Virus record (IMG/VR): IMGVR_UViG_3300042868_005444
Span: 1 to 56,788 of that record
Reading direction: 5' to 3' (one strand)
Source of the DNA: a virus
Taxonomy: Duplodnaviria; Caudoviricetes
Length of the DNA: 56,788 nucleotides
The notes under the pieces are model-generated. The model was not told the origin of the DNA. It made no database searches and was given only the letters and a program-made list of their open reading frames with translations. Positions 1 to 9,460 of the stretch are shown piece after piece. Position numbers and translations under genes: made by a program. Numbering within the stretch: position 1 is the stretch's first letter; each line of letters starts with the position of its first letter.

Positions 1-134
1 ACAAGGGTGTCGCGACCTATGAGCGCCTGACCGAGTGGAACGACCACGGCTGGGCAACCGTCCGCGTGAGCGACACGTCCTCGGGCCACGGCTGGCAGGG
101 CGACAAGCACAAGTCCTCGTGGGAGAAACTGTGA
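1..134 (+). CDS. 3' end of a hypothetical protein (truncated by window start)
   Basis: Open frame from nt 3 (KGVATYERL...SWEKL*); its TGA overlaps the ATG of the next gene (TGATG). Confidence 0.6.
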   Translation, partial: KGVATYERLTEWNDHGWATVRVSDTSSGHGWQGDKHKSSWEKL

Positions 135-397
135 TGTTCGTGATCCGCTCGATGTCCACCACAGATTGGAACGGCCGCGACCCGGTCGTTCCCTACCACG
201 TCTACCTGATGAAGCCAGAGCACCGCGCCGGTGCATACTGGACCAGCTACGGGCGGCAGATCATGCACTTTGACACGCTGGAGGCCGCCGAGGCCGAGTG
301 GAAGCGCATCGGCATCGACAAGCGGGGTCGCCGCGACATCGCCCCTATCGACTGCAAAGTCCCCGTCTGGGACGCCATCAACTATCAGCCGGAGTAA
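134..397 (+). CDS. hypothetical protein (87 aa)
   Basis: ATG at 134 coupled to upstream stop, GGAG upstream; phage-like codon usage. ORF track start at 35 is probably over-extended. Confidence 0.7.
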   Translation: MFVIRSMSTTDWNGRDPVVPYHVYLMKPEHRAGAYWTSYGRQIMHFDTLEAAEAEWKRIGIDKRGRRDIAPIDCKVPVWDAINYQPE

Positions 398-402
398 TCA
401 CC

Positions 403-1032
403 ATGACCAACTACCAGACCCCGACCGCCGAAACCTATGAGGGCCTCGACAAGGCCTTCAACCACTTCAACGAGCACCTGTTCGAGAACCGCCTGCCGCC
501 GGTGCTGTTCACCCTGACCCGCAAGGGCAAGGCCAACGGCTACTTCTGGCCCGAGCAGTTCAAGCACCGCGCCGATGGCGACACCACCCACGAGATCGCC
601 CTGAACCCCAACACCATGGGCCGCGATCTGGTCGACGTCCTGTCCACGCTGGTGCACGAGATGACCCACCTCGAGCAGGAAGAGTACGGCAAGCCCGGCA
701 AGAAGGGTCACCACAACCGCGAGTGGGTTGGCTTGATGGAGCGCGTCGGCCTGATCCCGAGCGACACCGGCGCACCGGGCGGCAAGCAGACCGGCCGAAA
801 GATGACCCACTACATCGACATGGCGGGTGACTTCCTGACCGCGTTCGACAAGCTGATGCCGTTCGATCTGCCCTACTTCACGCAGCCCGCCGGTGCCACT
901 GCGGCCAAGAAGAAGGACCTGTCGAAGGTCAAGCGCGAGTGCCCATGCTGCAGCGCCAAGGCGTGGGCTAAACAGGGCATGCGGGTCATCTGCGGTGACT
1001 GCGAAGAGCTCATGATCGAGGAGGAGGTGTGA
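403..1032 (+). CDS. SprT-like zinc metalloprotease with C-terminal Zn ribbon
   Basis: LVHEMTH (HExxH), downstream HNREW, C-terminal CPCC...CGDC; GGAG RBS before ATG 403. Confidence 0.85.
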   Translation: MTNYQTPTAETYEGLDKAFNHFNEHLFENRLPPVLFTLTRKGKANGYFWPEQFKHRADGDTTHEIALNPNTMGRDLVDVLSTLVHEMTHLEQEEYGKPGKKGHHNREWVGLMERVGLIPSDTGAPGGKQTGRKMTHYIDMAGDFLTAFDKLMPFDLPYFTQPAGATAAKKKDLSKVKRECPCCSAKAWAKQGMRVICGDCEELMIEEEV

Positions 1033-1039
1033 GACAATC

Positions 1040-1168
1040 ATGACCGACCTCGAGCGCCACCTGATCGAGATGGGCATCATTGCTCATCCAAAACCAACCG
1101 AGAGAGCAGCCTGCTATGCCCCACCCCAATGGAAGCCGAGTTACCCCAATGAAGACCCGCCGTTCTGA
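1040..1168 (+). CDS. small hypothetical protein (42 aa; not in ORF track)
   Basis: MTDLERHLIEMGII...NEDPPF*, preceded by GGAGGT; fills the gap after the SprT-like gene. Confidence 0.55.
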   Translation: MTDLERHLIEMGIIAHPKPTERAACYAPPQWKPSYPNEDPPF

Positions 1169-1304
1169 GGTCAAGAAGATCACGGTGTACGTCCCGAACA
1201 GGGGCGTCACCACCTCCATCGAGGGCAAGTTGCCCAGCGTTCCGGTGAGCCTGTCGATGCCCCCGTGGGTGTCAAAATCAATCAAGGGAGAGAAATCAGC
1301 ATGA
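1149..1304 (+). CDS. small hypothetical protein
   Basis: MKTRRSEV... frame of ORF 1080-1304; stop overlaps next ATG (ATGA). Confidence 0.5.
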   Translation: MKTRRSEVKKITVYVPNRGVTTSIEGKLPSVPVSLSMPPWVSKSIKGEKSA

Positions 1305-1486
1305 CCTATATGGCGGTCCTTTGGATCACGATGCACGGCGGCCTGCTGGAGGGGAGCATCTACGGTGTTCCGTTCCTGACCGAGAAAGCCTGCAAAGCCG
1401 CAATGCGCCCCATCGGCGACAGCCTCGACTATGACTACAGCATGGAGTGCACTGTGCTCCCCATTGAACAGGAGATAAAATCGTGA
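1301..1486 (+). CDS. hypothetical protein with hydrophobic N-terminus and two Cys
   Basis: MTYMAVLWIT...; GGGAG RBS; 4-bp overlaps at both ends. Confidence 0.65.
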   Translation: MTYMAVLWITMHGGLLEGSIYGVPFLTEKACKAAMRPIGDSLDYDYSMECTVLPIEQEIKS

Positions 1487-2076
1487 ACCTCAACAAGACC
1501 CACAAGGCCGAGATCATCAACAAGATCATGGCCGACATCCCCCAGACTGACTACGGCAAGATCATCCGTGACCTTGTGCAGGCTGCCGCCTATCGTCTGA
1601 TGCCGGACGAGGTGAAGGCCGTCTACGACAACGAGGACCTGCGTCAGTTTCTGGCCCAGCGCCATTGCATAGCCTCTGGCAGCCGCACTGGCAACATCGG
1701 AAACATCTACTGGTGCGGCCCTCACAGCTATTCAAGCTTCTACCTGAACCGCCCTCATTTTCACAGCGAAGAGGGCAAGCTCACCCAGAAGCTCCTCAAC
1801 GAGGTCCAAGTTCCGGTGGCCGAGGCCGTGAGGCGCGCGGAAGAGCAGGGCAAGGCCCGCAATTCGATGCGCGAGAAGCTCTACACCATGCTGGCGGGCA
1901 TCCGCACGTTGAAGCAGGCCAAGGACATGCTTGAGGTCGAGCTGCACAAGTACCTGCCTGTCGAGCCACCCAAGGACGCTGCCCAGAAGGCGGCGCAGGC
2001 ATCGACGGCGCTGGTGCCGTATGTCGTGGCGAACCTGCGTGAGATGGGGTGGCCCAAGACAGAGGAGGCTGCGTGA
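1483..2076 (+). CDS. Nmad5-like (nucleotide modification-associated domain 5) protein
   Basis: 197 aa; N-terminal MNLNKTHKAEII and C-terminal IRTLKQA...ELHKYLP resemble the Nmad5 pattern (recognised by eye). Confidence 0.6.
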   Translation: MNLNKTHKAEIINKIMADIPQTDYGKIIRDLVQAAAYRLMPDEVKAVYDNEDLRQFLAQRHCIASGSRTGNIGNIYWCGPHSYSSFYLNRPHFHSEEGKLTQKLLNEVQVPVAEAVRRAEEQGKARNSMREKLYTMLAGIRTLKQAKDMLEVELHKYLPVEPPKDAAQKAAQASTALVPYVVANLREMGWPKTEEAA

Positions 2077-2270
2077 TGAAGCTTGCAACCCTAAAATACA
2101 ATGAGTGGATCGAAGAGGGAGAGGTCAAGTGGGACCCGGGCGTCGACCTGACGGTTCCGGACGTCGTGATGCTTGACGCTTTGCGGGACTGCATCTTGAT
2201 CTTGAGCGAAGCCTACAACGACCTGCACAAGGTCACTTTTTCAGAGAAGATAACGGGAGCCTCAGAATGA
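2076..2270 (+). CDS. hypothetical protein
   Basis: ATG overlapping upstream TGA; GGAGG RBS. Confidence 0.65.
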   Translation: MKLATLKYNEWIEEGEVKWDPGVDLTVPDVVMLDALRDCILILSEAYNDLHKVTFSEKITGASE

Positions 2271-2539
2271 ACGCTGGCAAGAACATGACAGAAGAGCACC
2301 TCGAGGCCGTCATGGCTGCGATGCCGGACAATATGGACATATCAGAGCTTTGCGCCCTGACGCTGACCATCCACGCCGCGTACCTCGACACCCAAGTCGA
2401 GATCATCTCGGCCCTCATCTCGACGGTCTACACCTACGGGATGTCTCAGGGGATCGGCAGCGAGGCGATCTCGCGTGGTCTTCGGCTTTCTGCAGACATG
2501 CACGATGAGCAGGCCGCCAACAAAACAACCACCCACTGA
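2267..2539 (+). CDS. hypothetical protein
   Basis: 90-aa ORF with ATGA overlap in a tightly packed operon. Confidence 0.7.
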   Translation: MNAGKNMTEEHLEAVMAAMPDNMDISELCALTLTIHAAYLDTQVEIISALISTVYTYGMSQGIGSEAISRGLRLSADMHDEQAANKTTTH

Positions 2540-2549
2540 GGATGATGAT

Positions 2550-2771
2550 ATGTTTAGCATGAAGAAGACAGAAGTGCCGTTTATCCGAGACATGAAGACG
2601 TCCGCCGCCGGTGGGGTGATGGTCATAGACGCCGTGCGTTCGATGCCCTCGAGGGCTGCCTGCAACGCGGTCTACACGGCTCTGGCCGACAAGCGGGACC
2701 TGAGCGCCGAGGACCTCGAGACACTGTCCAACCGCATCGGGCGGCTGGCTTGGGAGAGGGCACGGGTATGA
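2550..2771 (+). CDS. hypothetical protein
   Basis: MFSMKKTEVP... after GAGG; stop overlaps next start. Confidence 0.65.
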   Translation: MFSMKKTEVPFIRDMKTSAAGGVMVIDAVRSMPSRAACNAVYTALADKRDLSAEDLETLSNRIGRLAWERARV

Positions 2772-2950
2772 CCGGGCTTCACCCAGACTACGGGCTGACC
2801 GACCAGCTTCGCGTTGAGGCCCTGCGCTCTGCCGCGCGCTTCGGAGTAAAGAAGGCTGCGGCTCTTTATAGCGTATCAGCGCCAAGCATCTACAAGTGGC
2901 GCAAGGTGCCAGCGTTGATGAAGCAGATGAGGGAGGTGGACGATGAGTGA
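2768..2950 (+). CDS. small HTH DNA-binding protein
   Basis: GVKKAAALYSVSAPSIYKWRK is a helix-turn-helix pattern. Confidence 0.7.
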   Translation: MTGLHPDYGLTDQLRVEALRSAARFGVKKAAALYSVSAPSIYKWRKVPALMKQMREVDDE

Positions 2951-3248
2951 CGCACCAGAACGGATTTGGGTTGCTCCTTGGCGCGAAGGCGATTGGAGCG
3001 AGGGGGATTGGGACGACAACGAGGGCAAGACGCTGAACGATAAGCCTTGCATCGAATACGTCCGCACCGACCGCATCGAAGCCCTGACGGACAAGCTGTC
3101 GAAGGCGGAAGCTGGGCTGCTCGCCATTGCTAAGCGCGATGAGCAAATGATCTGGGGCGAAGACTATGAGGTGGAAGAAGCATTCAAAGATATGCGCGAC
3201 ATCTCCTGCGCCACCCTCGCAGAGATCAAAGGAGAGAGCTATGAGTGA
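2943..3248 (+). CDS. hypothetical protein, paralog A (MSDAPERIW N-terminus)
   Basis: GGAGG RBS; N-terminal APERIW...IEYVRxD module followed by coiled coil. Confidence 0.75.
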   Translation: MSDAPERIWVAPWREGDWSEGDWDDNEGKTLNDKPCIEYVRTDRIEALTDKLSKAEAGLLAIAKRDEQMIWGEDYEVEEAFKDMRDISCATLAEIKGESYE

Positions 3249-3372
3249 CGCACCAGAACGGATTTGGGTGGCGACTTGGCGCGAAGGCGATTGGAGCGAG
3301 GGCAAGACGCTCAACGACAAGCCCTGCATCGAATACGTCCGCGCCGACCGCATCGAAGCCTTGACCGAACAA
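2943..3372 (+). repeat. direct repeat of ~130-150 bp (2943-3092 vs 3241-3369)
   Basis: Both copies begin atgagtgacgcaccagaacggatttgggt; the first carries a 21-bp in-frame insertion. Confidence 0.9.
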
Positions 3373-3612
3373 CTCGCCGCCGCACGTCAGGACGCCAAGT
3401 TTGCGGAAGATGAGTTGGAACTGCAAGAACAAGAAGCCTGCATGATGGAGAACGACTACATCAAGCTTGAGAAGGAGCGGGACGCGCTTCAATCTGCACT
3501 AGGCCGCATCCGCTCTGTTCCAGAAAGAATTTTACGCGGCGTTCCTGTTTGCGATTTGGCAGAAACACTGGCCGAAGCTGACAGCGCGTTGAACAAAGGA
3601 GGAGAGCCATGA
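3241..3612 (+). CDS. hypothetical coiled-coil protein, paralog B (MSDAPERIW N-terminus)
   Basis: ATG at 3241 after GGAGAG; first ~42 aa nearly identical to 2943-3248. Confidence 0.75.
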   Translation: MSDAPERIWVATWREGDWSEGKTLNDKPCIEYVRADRIEALTEQLAAARQDAKFAEDELELQEQEACMMENDYIKLEKERDALQSALGRIRSVPERILRGVPVCDLAETLAEADSALNKGGEP

Positions 3613-3794
3613 CTGACCTAGACAAGCGCATGCACTTCCTCTGCGGTGAGTGCAACACCAACTTCTCCACCGAGGACGTGTTCCCGATGGACGTGAAGAA
3701 GCTGTCCAAGCTGGTGCGGGAAACCAAATGCCCGACCTGCGGGGCCGGGGCCAAGAAACTTTACATGAGGGCAGCCAATGATCCTACAGCTTAA
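3609..3794 (+). CDS. Zn-ribbon protein
   Basis: CGEC...CPTC; GGAG RBS. Confidence 0.75.
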   Translation: MTDLDKRMHFLCGECNTNFSTEDVFPMDVKKLSKLVRETKCPTCGAGAKKLYMRAANDPTA

Positions 3795-3987
3795 CCCACC
3801 GATCCCGCTGGACACGCCCAAAGGACCCGCTCTGGCGCACCTCGTCATCGACTATGGGCCGGAGCACAACCTGTTCTGGGTCTGCTTTGGCGACCGCGAC
3901 GGCGAGTGCTGGACGTGGGACAACTCCAAGGTCCGGGGCCAGAAGAACATCACGCACGGCAGGCTGGTGGAGGAAGATCAGGGATGA
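3778..3987 (+). CDS. hypothetical phage protein
   Basis: MILQLNPPIPLDTPKG...IDYG...W; packed in operon. Confidence 0.75.
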   Translation: MILQLNPPIPLDTPKGPALAHLVIDYGPEHNLFWVCFGDRDGECWTWDNSKVRGQKNITHGRLVEEDQG

Positions 3988-4175
3988 GGCCCTGCCCGAC
4001 CTGCGGTGAGCAGCCGACCGTGACCATCCACGCGCCCGAGGAGTACGAATTCGTCGGATCGTGTCGCATTCACTGCTGCGACCATTACGTCTGTGCTGAC
4101 GGGATGGTGGATGCCATAGAGGCGTGGAACGAGGGGCCGAGGCCGATCCACATAGGGGAGATCACGTCGCTATGA
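3984..4175 (+). CDS. Lar-like Zn-finger protein
   Basis: RPCPTCG...C..CC...AIEAWN, a pattern typical of restriction-alleviation Lar-like proteins. Confidence 0.55.
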   Translation: MRPCPTCGEQPTVTIHAPEEYEFVGSCRIHCCDHYVCADGMVDAIEAWNEGPRPIHIGEITSL

Positions 4176-4339
4176 GCCGGGGCGAGAGTGACAGCCCAGC
4201 TGCACGGGCCCTGAGGGATGCCGGGTATCGCAAGCTGCCCGGCTGGTGGGTCACGCAGGACCAGTACGACCTCATCGTTTATATGTGCGAGGGCAACCTC
4301 AAGGACATCGAGCGGATCAAGCGTGACAGTGAGCGATGA
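4172..4339 (+). CDS. hypothetical protein
   Basis: MSRGESDSPAARALRDAGYRKLPGWWV...; GGGGAG RBS. Confidence 0.65.
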   Translation: MSRGESDSPAARALRDAGYRKLPGWWVTQDQYDLIVYMCEGNLKDIERIKRDSER

Positions 4340-4416
4340 TGCCCGCCCTCCCTTGACGCCACCTGTCACTATATGCGAATGTGAACACGCAAATTGTTAA
4401 GTTGGAGACACCAGAA

Positions 4417-4632
4417 ATGTCCGAACACGAAAAACTACCAGCGGACATCGTCCGTGAGGTCATCGACGAACAGCTCAAGCGCATTCGTCTGGCTCTAGAC
4501 GACCGGAACCTGTCTAAGGTGGCCGCCGGATCGGGCCTTCACGAGAACACCGTACGATACATCGCGAGCGGTAAGGGGGAGACACCCACCCTTGCAACGC
4601 TGGAAAAACTCGGCAATTACCTTTTTAAGTGA
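4417..4632 (+). CDS. XRE/Cro-like HTH regulator
   Basis: LSKVAAGSGLHENTVRYIASG...PTLATLEKL; ATG 4417 after GGAG (GTG 4381 is an alternative start). Confidence 0.8.
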   Translation: MSEHEKLPADIVREVIDEQLKRIRLALDDRNLSKVAAGSGLHENTVRYIASGKGETPTLATLEKLGNYLFK

Positions 4633-4660
4633 GGGGAGCTGCCAACAAAAGGAAAACCGG

Positions 4661-4927
4661 GTGACCATATTCTTCTTTACCATGAACATGCATGCCCGCA
4701 GTGGCACCCCAACCCACATGGTGGTCGGCACCGTCAAGGGGATCAACACCATCTCCGAGATGCACGAGCTCCTCGACCAAAGCGACTTCATCAAGGTCGA
4801 GGAGTACTACCGCGCCGGTGAGACATCGCCGAAGCGCGGCACCGTCACGAGCCCTGACGGCACGGAATACTACAGCGTCGGGGAGACCATCATCAACGTC
4901 ATGTACATCGGCAAGGTCAAGCTCTGA
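4661..4927 (+). CDS. hypothetical protein
   Basis: GTG start after AAGGA; coding-like codon usage. Confidence 0.6.
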   Translation: MTIFFFTMNMHARSGTPTHMVVGTVKGINTISEMHELLDQSDFIKVEEYYRAGETSPKRGTVTSPDGTEYYSVGETIINVMYIGKVKL

Positions 4928-4979
4928 CCTTGACCATGACGCCTTTACCCGGCAAAACTTGAAAAAAGGCTGGTGTAAA

Positions 4980-5312
4980 ATGACGTGGAAAAAGATGGGA
5001 AGTAACTTCAAAGAGGCGGCCAGACGGTCTGTCCCCTGCGTGTCCCGCAACAGGAAAAACCCCGATATCGCCTACGTCATGATGCCGGTGGAGATGGCCA
5101 AGGGCGAGCGCGTGTCGGTCTATCACGACGGCGGGTCAAAGATCGCGCTTGAGTTCGGCCCCGACGGCGACTTCGTTGTACGGCGCGCAAGCCATCGCAG
5201 CTATTCCGTCAGGGTCACGATCCCAAGGAGGCTCGCGCATGTGATCCCCTTTGGCCTTCGCAACGTGTCCCTGCAGCCGAACGGCGAGGGTCTCTGGGTC
5301 ATCGACCTTTAG
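4980..5312 (+). CDS. hypothetical protein (possible AbrB-like beta fold)
   Basis: MTWKKMG...; RVTIPRRLA segment; last gene of the + operon, stop overlaps the convergent late gene. Confidence 0.6.
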   Translation: MTWKKMGSNFKEAARRSVPCVSRNRKNPDIAYVMMPVEMAKGERVSVYHDGGSKIALEFGPDGDFVVRRASHRSYSVRVTIPRRLAHVIPFGLRNVSLQPNGEGLWVIDL

Positions 5313-5767
5313 ACGTCGGCGTACCGCGTGAAGAAGTCGTCCACCTCTTCAGGAGAACGCCCCTGAGCCATGCTCATCATCTGCACCAGTGGGTCGAGGC
5401 GCAGAACCTCTGAGGGCCGCGTAGCGCGGGCTCTGGCGGCAAAGCGCTGGTCTGCCGGGACAAGGTTGATGGTCGCCTCCACCGACGGGGGCAGTACACC
5501 GGTCAGCCATCCGTTCCCGTCCGCCTCAGTGATCCACTGCTCGGTGACAAGGCCGATCAGCATCTGGGCGAAGGACAGCCGCATGTCGGTGCGCGGGTCG
5601 TAGGGCTCAGGCTCGGGGACTGGGTCCACAGCGACCTCGACCAGCTCGTACTCGCCGTTCGACCAGCCCGCGTAGGCGGGAGACACGACGTCACCGTTGG
5701 GGAGAGGGAACTGGGAGCCGGGAAGTACTGGCTTGATAATCTCCCCGTCTTTAATCAGGTTCAGCAT
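5309..5767 (-). CDS. putative tail-fibre assembly/accessory protein
   Basis: Last gene of fibre cluster; LSFAQ...LV...WIT and EVDDFF C-terminus resemble fibre-adjacent proteins. Confidence 0.55.
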   Translation of the reverse strand: MLNLIKDGEIIKPVLPGSQFPLPNGDVVSPAYAGWSNGEYELVEVAVDPVPEPEPYDPRTDMRLSFAQMLIGLVTEQWITEADGNGWLTGVLPPSVEATINLVPADQRFAARARATRPSEVLRLDPLVQMMSMAQGRSPEEVDDFFTRYADV

Positions 5768-5771
5768 TTGA

Positions 5772-6437
5772 TTAACTCCACGCGGCTATGCTCATCGTCG
5801 ATTGCGACGATGCAGACTTGGTGACCGTTGCAGTGAAAGGCCCTATGTTGAGCCCATTTGCATAAGCAGAAGATGCGCTGCTGTCTTCAGTTACGGCGTC
5901 GAACGCCTCGATCATCGGACTGGACCAACTGTGGGTTACTTCAGCGTAGGTGAAGCACACCGAAATAACGCTGTCACCAGACGATGAGTTTGTCGTCGCA
6001 GAGATAGTTGTCCCAGTAGTTGCGTCCGTAGACCCAACGGAAGTGGGTGCCTGAGAAGACCAACCGGTGACATTGAACACGCTGATCTGGCAGCGACCGG
6101 GTGTCCCGCCGCCAGCCAGAGACACCACTATGTCGGCGGTCGCCCCTGATGGAACGAGGAGGTATGCTATAGCGCAGTTTGTGTTTGAGGCGCTTCTTAC
6201 GGCAATGGTTGCAGACGTTCCACCGATAGATATGGCGTTAATGAAATATGATCCCGATGCGAGTTGGTTAATGGCAGCGGTCACGACAACAAGCCTGTCT
6301 GCCGACGCGGTTCCGATTGCGGTGCCCGCAAAGGTATAAGTGAACGTGTTTGAGCCGCTGCGCGCCGAGGTGACATAAGTCACCGTCGCAGCCCCGTCCG
6401 AATTTTGAGGCATCACCGGCATCAGAGGGAAGGTCAT
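5772..6437 (-). CDS. beta-rich virion protein, putative receptor-binding/adhesin (paralog of 23051-23812)
   Basis: Start MTFPLMP overlaps upstream stop; S/T/A-rich; YTF...IGxAxAxRxVxV motif shared with 23051-23812. Confidence 0.6.
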   Translation of the reverse strand: MTFPLMPVMPQNSDGAATVTYVTSARSGSNTFTYTFAGTAIGTASADRLVVVTAAINQLASGSYFINAISIGGTSATIAVRSASNTNCAIAYLLVPSGATADIVVSLAGGGTPGRCQISVFNVTGWSSQAPTSVGSTDATTGTTISATTNSSSGDSVISVCFTYAEVTHSWSSPMIEAFDAVTEDSSASSAYANGLNIGPFTATVTKSASSQSTMSIAAWS

Positions 6438-7558
6438 TGCAAAGCCACCGTGTTTGCCGCAGTGAAGCCATTGCATTTTGTGATGTAGACGAAAAAGTCA
6501 TGCCCGTTCGTGGTTGTGAACGGGTTGCCGGTCACCCTGTTGAAGCCGCTCATGGTGATTGCACCCGCTGACCCGCTGTTGGTGATCTGGATGACCAACG
6601 TGTAATCCCCAGCGGCAGATGGCGCTGCAAGAGTGAAGGCACCACCATTGGTGATGGTCTTCATGTTACCGCCGACCGGTGTGGGGGTGTAAGTGCCGCT
6701 CGAAATGGTGCCGTCCGCGTCCGCTGTCGTGGTGATACCGGCATAGGTAAGGGGTTGCACTGCGGTGTTAGTGGCGGAGCGCCCTGTGATGACATTGTTC
6801 CCAGCGAGCGTCATCGCTCCGACTGACGTGATGCGAGCAATCTCAGCGGCGGTCGCACCGGCAGCCATCAGGCGCAAGACGAAATCAAAATCCTCTGAAC
6901 CCGAAGCAACGTCGGTGGTGATTGCAGAAATCTGCATGCCGGTTTCAGTGTTCCCGGCGGCGGTTTCTGTAGCAAACGACATGGTCGTGCCAATACCAGC
7001 TGCTGGCGTCCCGCTCGACTGGCTGTCAAGGATCAGAACTTCGGTCGCCGTGTTGGTCGCCGCAGTGGTCGCTGTGATGTCCAGAGCGGTTCCGTTGTAG
7101 GTCAGGCCGGTCGAACCCGTAAGAACGCCGCCCGAAGAGTAGGCCACGCTCGCGTCTGGGACGGACGCGACAATATCATCAGAAGCGCGGATGTTCGTGC
7201 CGTCTGAGTAAACAGTTCGCGCGAACCCTTGCGGTGCGACGAAGGTGGTTCCAGCGCCACCGCTGGAGATCGTGACGGTAAAGGCACCCGTAGTTCCGTT
7301 TCGTACGATCCACTGACCACCAACCCCAGATGGGATTTGGTAGTTGACGTTTGCCGTCAGTGTTCCGGTGAACGTCAGGATCAGTTTTTGGTACTCTGCT
7401 GTGGTTAGGACGACAGGCGTGGTGCCAACGCCGGTGACGCTCTTGGTGGTGTTGCCGCCAAGAGCGGCGTCCAAGACCCCGAAGTTAGCGTTCAGGGGGA
7501 CGTCCCAGTTCGTGGAGTTTAGAGCTGGTTGATCGAGGTCTTTGTTGGTCGTTGCCAT
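6434..7558 (-). CDS. tail fibre/spike-like structural protein
   Basis: 374 aa, T/G/A-rich beta composition; N-terminal WDVPLNANF...LD anchor-like segment. Confidence 0.65.
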   Translation of the reverse strand: MATTNKDLDQPALNSTNWDVPLNANFGVLDAALGGNTTKSVTGVGTTPVVLTTAEYQKLILTFTGTLTANVNYQIPSGVGGQWIVRNGTTGAFTVTISSGGAGTTFVAPQGFARTVYSDGTNIRASDDIVASVPDASVAYSSGGVLTGSTGLTYNGTALDITATTAATNTATEVLILDSQSSGTPAAGIGTTMSFATETAAGNTETGMQISAITTDVASGSEDFDFVLRLMAAGATAAEIARITSVGAMTLAGNNVITGRSATNTAVQPLTYAGITTTADADGTISSGTYTPTPVGGNMKTITNGGAFTLAAPSAAGDYTLVIQITNSGSAGAITMSGFNRVTGNPFTTTNGHDFFVYITKCNGFTAANTVALQ

Positions 7559-9459
7559 CAGATGCTCCTGTTCGCGACTTCCAAGGCGTGTGCGATGTGG
7601 TTGTCAGACATGTCGAGGAGGCTTTCGGTCCCCTTGCTGATACCCTTCTTAGCACGTTCTGCGGCCATGACCAACTGATCTGCCATCTTGTCGTGCGGCA
7701 TGCCCACCCGACCACCGGACATGCGACCCTCGCGTTCGTCGACTGCTGCGCCCACCTGAGACGCCACGTTCGACACCGGCGCAGTGACGTAACCGCGCGC
7801 CCGGCTGATGGGATCGTTGATGGCCCGCTCCGCCCGGCCAAGAGCATACTGGCTGTACGCGCCGAGCTTAGGTGACGATGCCAGCGCGCCGGGGATTGCA
7901 GCGGCAGCGATGCCGGGGTGAGTAGCGCCAAAAGCAAGTGCAGCCAACGGGCCGCCGAGGCCAGCAATCGTCGAGTTCAGTCGCTCACCAAGGAGGTCGC
8001 TCATCGCGTCACCGGCAATGGAGTAGCGAAGGTTTTGGCCAGACGGTGTGCCTTCCAGCTTGGAGAACATCTCATTGCCGTACTTGCTGTTGAAAGCTCT
8101 TGCGACCTTCCTTGCTCTACCAGCGTCGGACATCATGGATGTGCCAAAGTCCTTGCGGACGTTGTTGAGCTGGTGCTTGTACTCCTGCCAGCCACGCATC
8201 ATGTCGCCATATGCTGGGTCCGTATCAGCCATGGAGTTCACAAGGCTTGCGGCCAGATCGTTGACGCGACCACGCAGGCTCGGGTCTTCGATCTGTTTCG
8301 TGAGCTTGTCGATGTTCTTCTTGACGACATCCAGCTCCTGAATGGTGCGACCTGTGTCTGACGGATGCGTCAAGGCGCTGTCGATCTGGAAGATGGCGTC
8401 GTTGGCCGCCTGAATATCAGACGGCTTATAAGTAACCGGTGCCCGAAGAACCGTGTTGGGGTTCAGCATGTTGTAAAGCGTTTCACGAGCTGCCGTCGGG
8501 GCAGTCATGTCGACCGGCTGAGAACGAGCAAAAGCTGTCGCCTGAGACGACATGTAGGCGTTGCTCGCCTCCTCGGCCATGTCGTCGATTGCCTTTTCCA
8601 GACCCTGAGCAACATCACCCGTGAAGTTTGGGTTACCCTTCAAAGCGGTCATGAAGGCGTCTACCTTTGCGGGGTCACCGCTCAGGCCGACCTCGCGAGC
8701 GATATTAAGCGTCTTGAGAGGCACACCGCTGGCCGCAGACTGGGCGGCCATCAAGGCGTATGGGGGAAGCTTTCCGACGGTGGTCGCTGCCTTACCAGTG
8801 AGGTTCAGCGCAGCCTGCACGGGGTCAAGGTTTGTAGCAACCCTGCTGATGGGACCAAGCTTGGAGGCTGAGCCCGCACCCAGAGAGGCCACACTTGCAA
8901 TGTCTGCTGCGTAAGACATAGGGTCTTCGGCAAGGCTCTTCCAGAATTGGCCCTCTTCGCCGCCGCCGTAGCGCTGCTTGTAATTGCCGATCAAGGCGTC
9001 GGCCATCATCTCGCGCTCAGCCTTAGCAGTCGGGTCGATGTCGTAGCCCATGGCTTCACCGGCAGCGCCGACAGCCTTAGAGCCAAGCCCGTAGCCGATC
9101 TCGCCGATGGTAGTGGCAGTGTCGATGGGGTTCATGACCGCGCCAGCAAAGCCCTCAAGAGCATTGTAGGTGCTTGGCCCGATGTTCTCCGCGACCCGTG
9201 GCAGGTACTCGCTCCACGGCATCTTGGCGTACTCGGCGGCGCTGATCTCGCCCTCAGGCATGCGACCTTGGCGAAGTCTTGTTGCGACATCCGCGCGGTT
9301 CATCATGGGCGCGGGAGCGGGAGGAGGTGGTGCCTCAGTGGTTGTCGGGGCGTTCGGGTCGGTCAGAACCCGATACTTGTCCGCGATGCTACCACCCCCT
9401 TGCGGGGATGGGGTTCTCTTTGCGAACTCGGATGCAGCACCCCAGTCAAGATCGGCCAT
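7558..9459 (-). CDS. putative internal virion (DNA ejection) protein
   Basis: ~633 aa Ala-rich helical protein with hydrophobic patches, directly after the SLT-bearing protein; C-terminal RMSGGRV motif. Confidence 0.6.
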   Translation of the reverse strand: MADLDWGAASEFAKRTPSPQGGGSIADKYRVLTDPNAPTTTEAPPPPAPAPMMNRADVATRLRQGRMPEGEISAAEYAKMPWSEYLPRVAENIGPSTYNALEGFAGAVMNPIDTATTIGEIGYGLGSKAVGAAGEAMGYDIDPTAKAEREMMADALIGNYKQRYGGGEEGQFWKSLAEDPMSYAADIASVASLGAGSASKLGPISRVATNLDPVQAALNLTGKAATTVGKLPPYALMAAQSAASGVPLKTLNIAREVGLSGDPAKVDAFMTALKGNPNFTGDVAQGLEKAIDDMAEEASNAYMSSQATAFARSQPVDMTAPTAARETLYNMLNPNTVLRAPVTYKPSDIQAANDAIFQIDSALTHPSDTGRTIQELDVVKKNIDKLTKQIEDPSLRGRVNDLAASLVNSMADTDPAYGDMMRGWQEYKHQLNNVRKDFGTSMMSDAGRARKVARAFNSKYGNEMFSKLEGTPSGQNLRYSIAGDAMSDLLGERLNSTIAGLGGPLAALAFGATHPGIAAAAIPGALASSPKLGAYSQYALGRAERAINDPISRARGYVTAPVSNVASQVGAAVDEREGRMSGGRVGMPHDKMADQLVMAAERAKKGISKGTESLLDMSDNHIAHALEVANRSI

Positions 9460-9460
9460 A

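Noticed and set aside
2943-3372. Possible diversity-generating retroelement template/variable repeat pair
   Set aside because: Differences are not adenine-specific, both copies are gene 5' ends, and no reverse transcriptase is present in the window.
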